Below are positions 6,893-9,985 of a stretch of 9,985 nt of DNA, one piece after another. Numbering within the stretch: position 1 is the stretch's first letter; each line of letters begins with the position of its first letter. The translations under genes and the position numbers were made by a program. Below the pieces are notes generated by a model. That model searched no databases. It was not told the DNA's origin and was given only the letters and a program-made list of their open reading frames with translations. The DNA comes from Octopus sinensis (taxonomy: Eukaryota), in assembly GCF_006345805.1 (NCBI RefSeq), contig NW_021827789.1:1-9985 (forward strand), read 5' to 3'.

Positions 6893-7077
6893 TGGGGTAA
6901 TTTATTGAGCGTTACAAAAAAGCTGAGTAAGGAAACCTTTATTGAAAATCTAGAGTGAAGGACCCTAAGGCAGATGCGTACGGGTTATACTCTGGCAAAC
7001 CTTACGGGTCTATGGATGGTGCATACGTATTGACTTGTTCTCTCTTCGTGGCACAACCAAGAGTGAAGTGGTGGCCA

Positions 7078-7382
7078 TGCTGTTGCTGTTCTCGTTGCTG
7101 TTGTTGGTATTGTTGTTGAAACTCTTGTTGTTCTTTTTAGTGTTGCTATTGTTGATGTTGTTGTTGTTGGTGCGTCTATTGCTCATTAATGTCTCAGCCG
7201 GTCCACCCACACCCACGTTTAACCCTCATTGATCACGAACAAACTTATTCATCACAAACGTTGTTATTGTTGTTCTTATTGTCGGTTATTTTGACTGTTG
7301 TTGTTGTTGTAGCAATGACTCTTACAATTGTTGCTCATTATCACGATCATTATCATCATCATCGTCATCACCATCATCATCC
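7078..7382. repeat. Degenerate (TTG)n tracts followed by degenerate (CAT)n
   Basis: Read directly; TTG-rich at 7078-7175 and 7260-7310, CAT-rich at 7335-7382. Confidence 0.8.
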
Positions 7383-7571
7383 CTGACCTCTTTACTCACC
7401 CTAGCATTATAAAAAAATTGAAAAGAAAACCACACACACAAACAATAAATCATGGTGGTTGTTGTTGTTGTTGATAATGTCCTTCCAATTGTTGCTAATG
7501 ACTGTGCATCAATTGAGGCGGGGGCTGGGGTTTCTCATCAACCCCAACATTATAATTTCAATAACTTTGTT

Positions 7572-7670
7572 AGTGAGATGGCAGAATCGGTAGCGCATCG
7601 GACAAAATGCTTTGCAGCATTTCGTCCGTCTTTGCTTTCTGTGTTCAAATTCTGCCGGGGGAATTTTGTT
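7572..7670 (+). mobile_element. Diverged 5' head fragment of a family-A SINE
   Basis: GAGATGGCAGAATCGGTAGC…AAATGCTT…CATTTCGTC…GTTCAAATTCTGCCG aligns with 7875-7965. Confidence 0.75.
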
Positions 7671-7773
7671 TTGTTTTTACTATTCTTATAATATTGTTGT
7701 AGTTGCTAAAGTAATTGCTTTGTTGTTGTTGTTGCTACGGTTGCTATTGGTATCTTTGTCGTTGCTGTTCTTA

Positions 7774-7872
7774 TAATATTTTCTAGTATAGGCACAAGGC
7801 CTGAAATTTGAGGAAGTAAGAGCGTTAGCCGATTACACCCACCCCCAGTACTTGGCTGGTATTTTGTTTATT
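7774..7872 (-). mobile_element. Diverged 3' fragment of a family-A SINE (type-1 end)
   Basis: TATAGGCACAAGGCCTGAAATTTG…CGATTACA…CCCCCAGTA…CTGGTA aligns with 3025-3105. Confidence 0.7.
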
Positions 7873-8294
7873 AAGGCGGCGAGCTGGCAGAATCGTTAGC
7901 TTGCCAGGCGAAATGCTCAGCGGTTATTTCGTCTGCCGTTACGTTCTGAGTTCAAATTCCGCCGAGGTCGACTTTACCTTTCATCCTTTCGGGTTCGATT
8001 AAATAAGTACCAGTTACGCACTGGGGTCAATATAATCGACTGAATCCGTTTGTCTGTCCTTGTTTGTCCTCTCTGTGTTTAGCCCCTTGTGGGTAGTAAA
8101 GAAATAGGTATTTCGTCTGCCGTTACGTTCTGAGTTCAAATTCCGCTGAGATCGACTTTGCCTTTCATCCTTTCGGGGTCGATTAAATAAGTACCAGTTA
8201 CGCACTGGGATCGATGTAATCGACTTGATCCGTCTGTCTGTCCTTGTTTGTCCCCTCTATGTTTAGCCCCTGGTGGGTAATAAAGAAACAGATA
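7873..8294 (+). mobile_element. Family-A SINE dimer: one head plus two 184-bp units (type-2 end)
   Basis: TTTCGTCTGCCGTTACG at 7927 and 8111 (period 184); junction GAAATA|GGTATTTC at 8106/8107. Confidence 0.92.
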
Positions 8295-8304
8295 AATAAA
8301 AGAA

Positions 8305-8450
8305 CAAGTAGCAATGACGGCAACAACAACAATAACAACACTAGTAAATTTAGCAACAACATTATAAGAGAAGCAGCAACAATGATAATAATAATAACAA
8401 TAACAATAGTAATAAAGATAAAATTAATCACAATAGCAACAGGAGTAGCA
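8305..8450. repeat. Degenerate AAC/AAT/AGC low-complexity tract
   Basis: Read directly. Confidence 0.75.
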
Positions 8451-8454
8451 AAGA

Positions 8455-8597
8455 TGTAGGGAGTCTGGAATCGTTATAGCACGTCGGGCAAAATACTTAA
8501 CGGCTCAAATACCGCCGCGGTCTGCTTTGCCATTCATCCTTTCTGGGTTGATGAAATAAGTATTAGTTATGCACTGGATTCGATCTAATGGACTATC
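8455..8597 (+). mobile_element. Old family-A SINE, 5' part (host of the nested insertion)
   Basis: GGAATCGTTATAGCACGTCGGGCAAAATACTTAACGG|CTCAAAT…CTTTGCCATTCATCCTTTCTGGG…GCACTGG; internal deletion of about 27 nt near 8503. Confidence 0.72.
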
Positions 8598-8830
8598 TAT
8601 TTCTTTACTACCCACAAGGGGCTAAACACAGAGGGGACAAACAAGGACAGACAAACGGATTAAATCGATTACATCGATCCCAGTGCGTAACTGGTATTTA
8701 ATTTATCGACCCCGAATGGATGAAAGGCAAAGTCGACCTCGGCGGAATTTGAACTCAGCACGTAACGGCAGACGAAATGCGGCTACGCATTGCGCCCGGC
8801 GTGCTAACGTTTCTGCCAGCTCGCCGCCTT
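8598..8830 (-). mobile_element. Young full-length family-A monomer (233 bp, type-2 end)
   Basis: Complete head AAGGCGGCGAGCTGGCAGAAACGTTAGC through AGAAATA on the minus strand; CpGs retained. Confidence 0.93.
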
Positions 8831-8842
8831 GATGATCTAATG

Positions 8843-9259
8843 TATTTCTTTACTACCCACAAGGGGCTAAACACAGAGAGGACAAACAAGGACAGACAAA
8901 CGGATTAAGTCGATTACATCGACCCCAGTGCGTAACTGGTACTTAATTTATCGACCTCGAATGGATGAAAGGCAAAGTCGACCTCGGCGGAATTTGAACT
9001 CAGAACGTAGTGGCAAACGAAATACCTATTTCTTTACTACCCACAAGGGGCTAAACACAGAGGGGACAAACAAGGACAGACAAACGGATTAAGTCGATTA
9101 CATCGACCCCAGTGCGTAACTGGTACTTAATTTATCGACCTCGAATGGATGAAAGGCAAAGTCGACCTCGGCGGAATTTGAACTCAGAACGTAACGGCAG
9201 ACGAATTACGGCTACGCATTGCGCCCGGCGTGCTAACGTTTCTGCCAGCTCGCCGCCTT
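8843..9259 (-). mobile_element. Young family-A dimer (184 + 233 bp, type-2 end)
   Basis: Unit starts at 8843 and 9027; single head ending at 9259. Confidence 0.93.
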
Positions 9260-9262
9260 GTT

Positions 9263-9322
9263 GATCTAATGGACTATCGCTCTCCTCTTTGTATTCAGAG
9301 CTTGTGCCTGTTGTAGAAAGGG
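9263..9322 (+). mobile_element. 3' remainder (type-1 end) of the host SINE begun at 8455, starting with the 16-bp target duplication
   Basis: GATCTAATGGACTATC at 9263-9278 is identical to 8582-8597; it continues into …TTCAGAGCTTGTGCCTGTTGTAGAAAGG, the type-1 terminus. Confidence 0.8.
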
Positions 9323-9985
9323 TGAGTGCATTTCGCCCGTTTTTCGCCTTTGTTCTGTTGTTTATCGTATTTGTCGTAAAGACTTTAGCATTTATTGTTC
9401 ACTAATGACTTATCAGCTACTCACCTACCTATCCACTCCTCCACGCTTTCGCTGTCACAAAACATCATAATTGAATGCATTATTATTCCTGTTATTACTA
9501 ATCATAGGCTGCTGTTTTGTTGTATCTCTTGGGGGGTTATCGTTATTCTTATAACTGTGGTTCTTTGTGTTGTCACAATTTAATTTTTGTTCTTGAAATT
9601 AAAATTTTTTTTGCTTTTTCTCATAATGACTGTTGCATTAATTGTTCAGCAATGACATGTCACGGGCCCTCCCTAAAAAACCCTTCCTCCCCTCATCCCC
9701 ATTTACACATGCCCTCCCCGTCAACTATTTACTATTATGTCTGCCATTCCAGCAAACCTTTGGTTTGCCCTTCACTGACCTGCCCTGCCCCTCACATACA
9801 TTACTCCTTCCCTATCCCTTTTCTACTCCTCCGCTCTTTTCCTTACTCTGCATCCCCCATCTCTGGCTCCTTGCTCTTCGCTCCTTTGCCCTCTTACCCC
9901 TTCGCCTTATTCTCCTATCTTTAAACCTGTTAAACTTTGTTTTTTAACTGTCAATTACCATTCATATGTTCGTTCAATGCTTTGG

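Noticed and set aside
6961-7010. Inverted repeat GACCC-TAAGG / CCTTACGGGTC
   Set aside because: 10 bp with a bulge and a 29-nt spacer, no TSD and no second copy; plausible by chance.
7526-7546. Hairpin TGGGGTT-N7-AACCCCA
   Set aside because: A 7-bp stem is expected by chance in 10 kb, and there is no supporting context.
6600-8459. Remaining 60-80 aa ORFs (6600, 7010, 7035, 7189, 7452, 8014, 8198, 8244)
   Set aside because: All overlap microsatellites or SINEs.
8598-9259. Regularly spaced repeats suggestive of a CRISPR array
   Set aside because: Units are 184-233 bp, near-identical throughout, have no unique spacers, carry Pol III boxes and have no cas genes nearby.
9395-9947. Three overlapping ORFs in the pyrimidine-rich right end
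   Set aside because: Stop-poor C/T-rich composition, non-ATG or arbitrary starts, and no recognisable motif.

Overview
Eukaryotic, repeat-saturated, apparently non-coding (intergenic or intronic) DNA. No intact host gene is supportable, and almost every ORF in the supplied track is a translation of a trinucleotide microsatellite. The SINE families and microsatellite style look like an octopus (coleoid cephalopod) genome; this is recognition from memory, not a search. Contents: (i) 120-3000, a patchwork of GAT/GAA/GTA/CCA/AAC/GT microsatellites, including a diverged duplicated module; (ii) about 10 copies or fragments of one tRNA-like-head SINE ('family A') with two alternative 3' ends, one of which forms head-less 184-bp multimers with the same junction at three independent loci; (iii) a head-to-tail cluster of a second tRNA-derived SINE group ('family B') at 4067-4770; (iv) a 220-bp piggyBac-type MITE with TTAA target duplication; (v) the 3' end of an R4/Dong-like non-LTR retrotransposon (restriction-like endonuclease domain) ending in (TAA)n; (vi) at 8455-9322, an old family-A SINE split by a monomer plus dimer insertion with a 16-bp target duplication and a 9-bp partial third copy. 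The most interesting signal is the precise multimerisation of family A: the restart point lies in the loop of a 12-bp hairpin of the head, and the junction is itself an inverted repeat.
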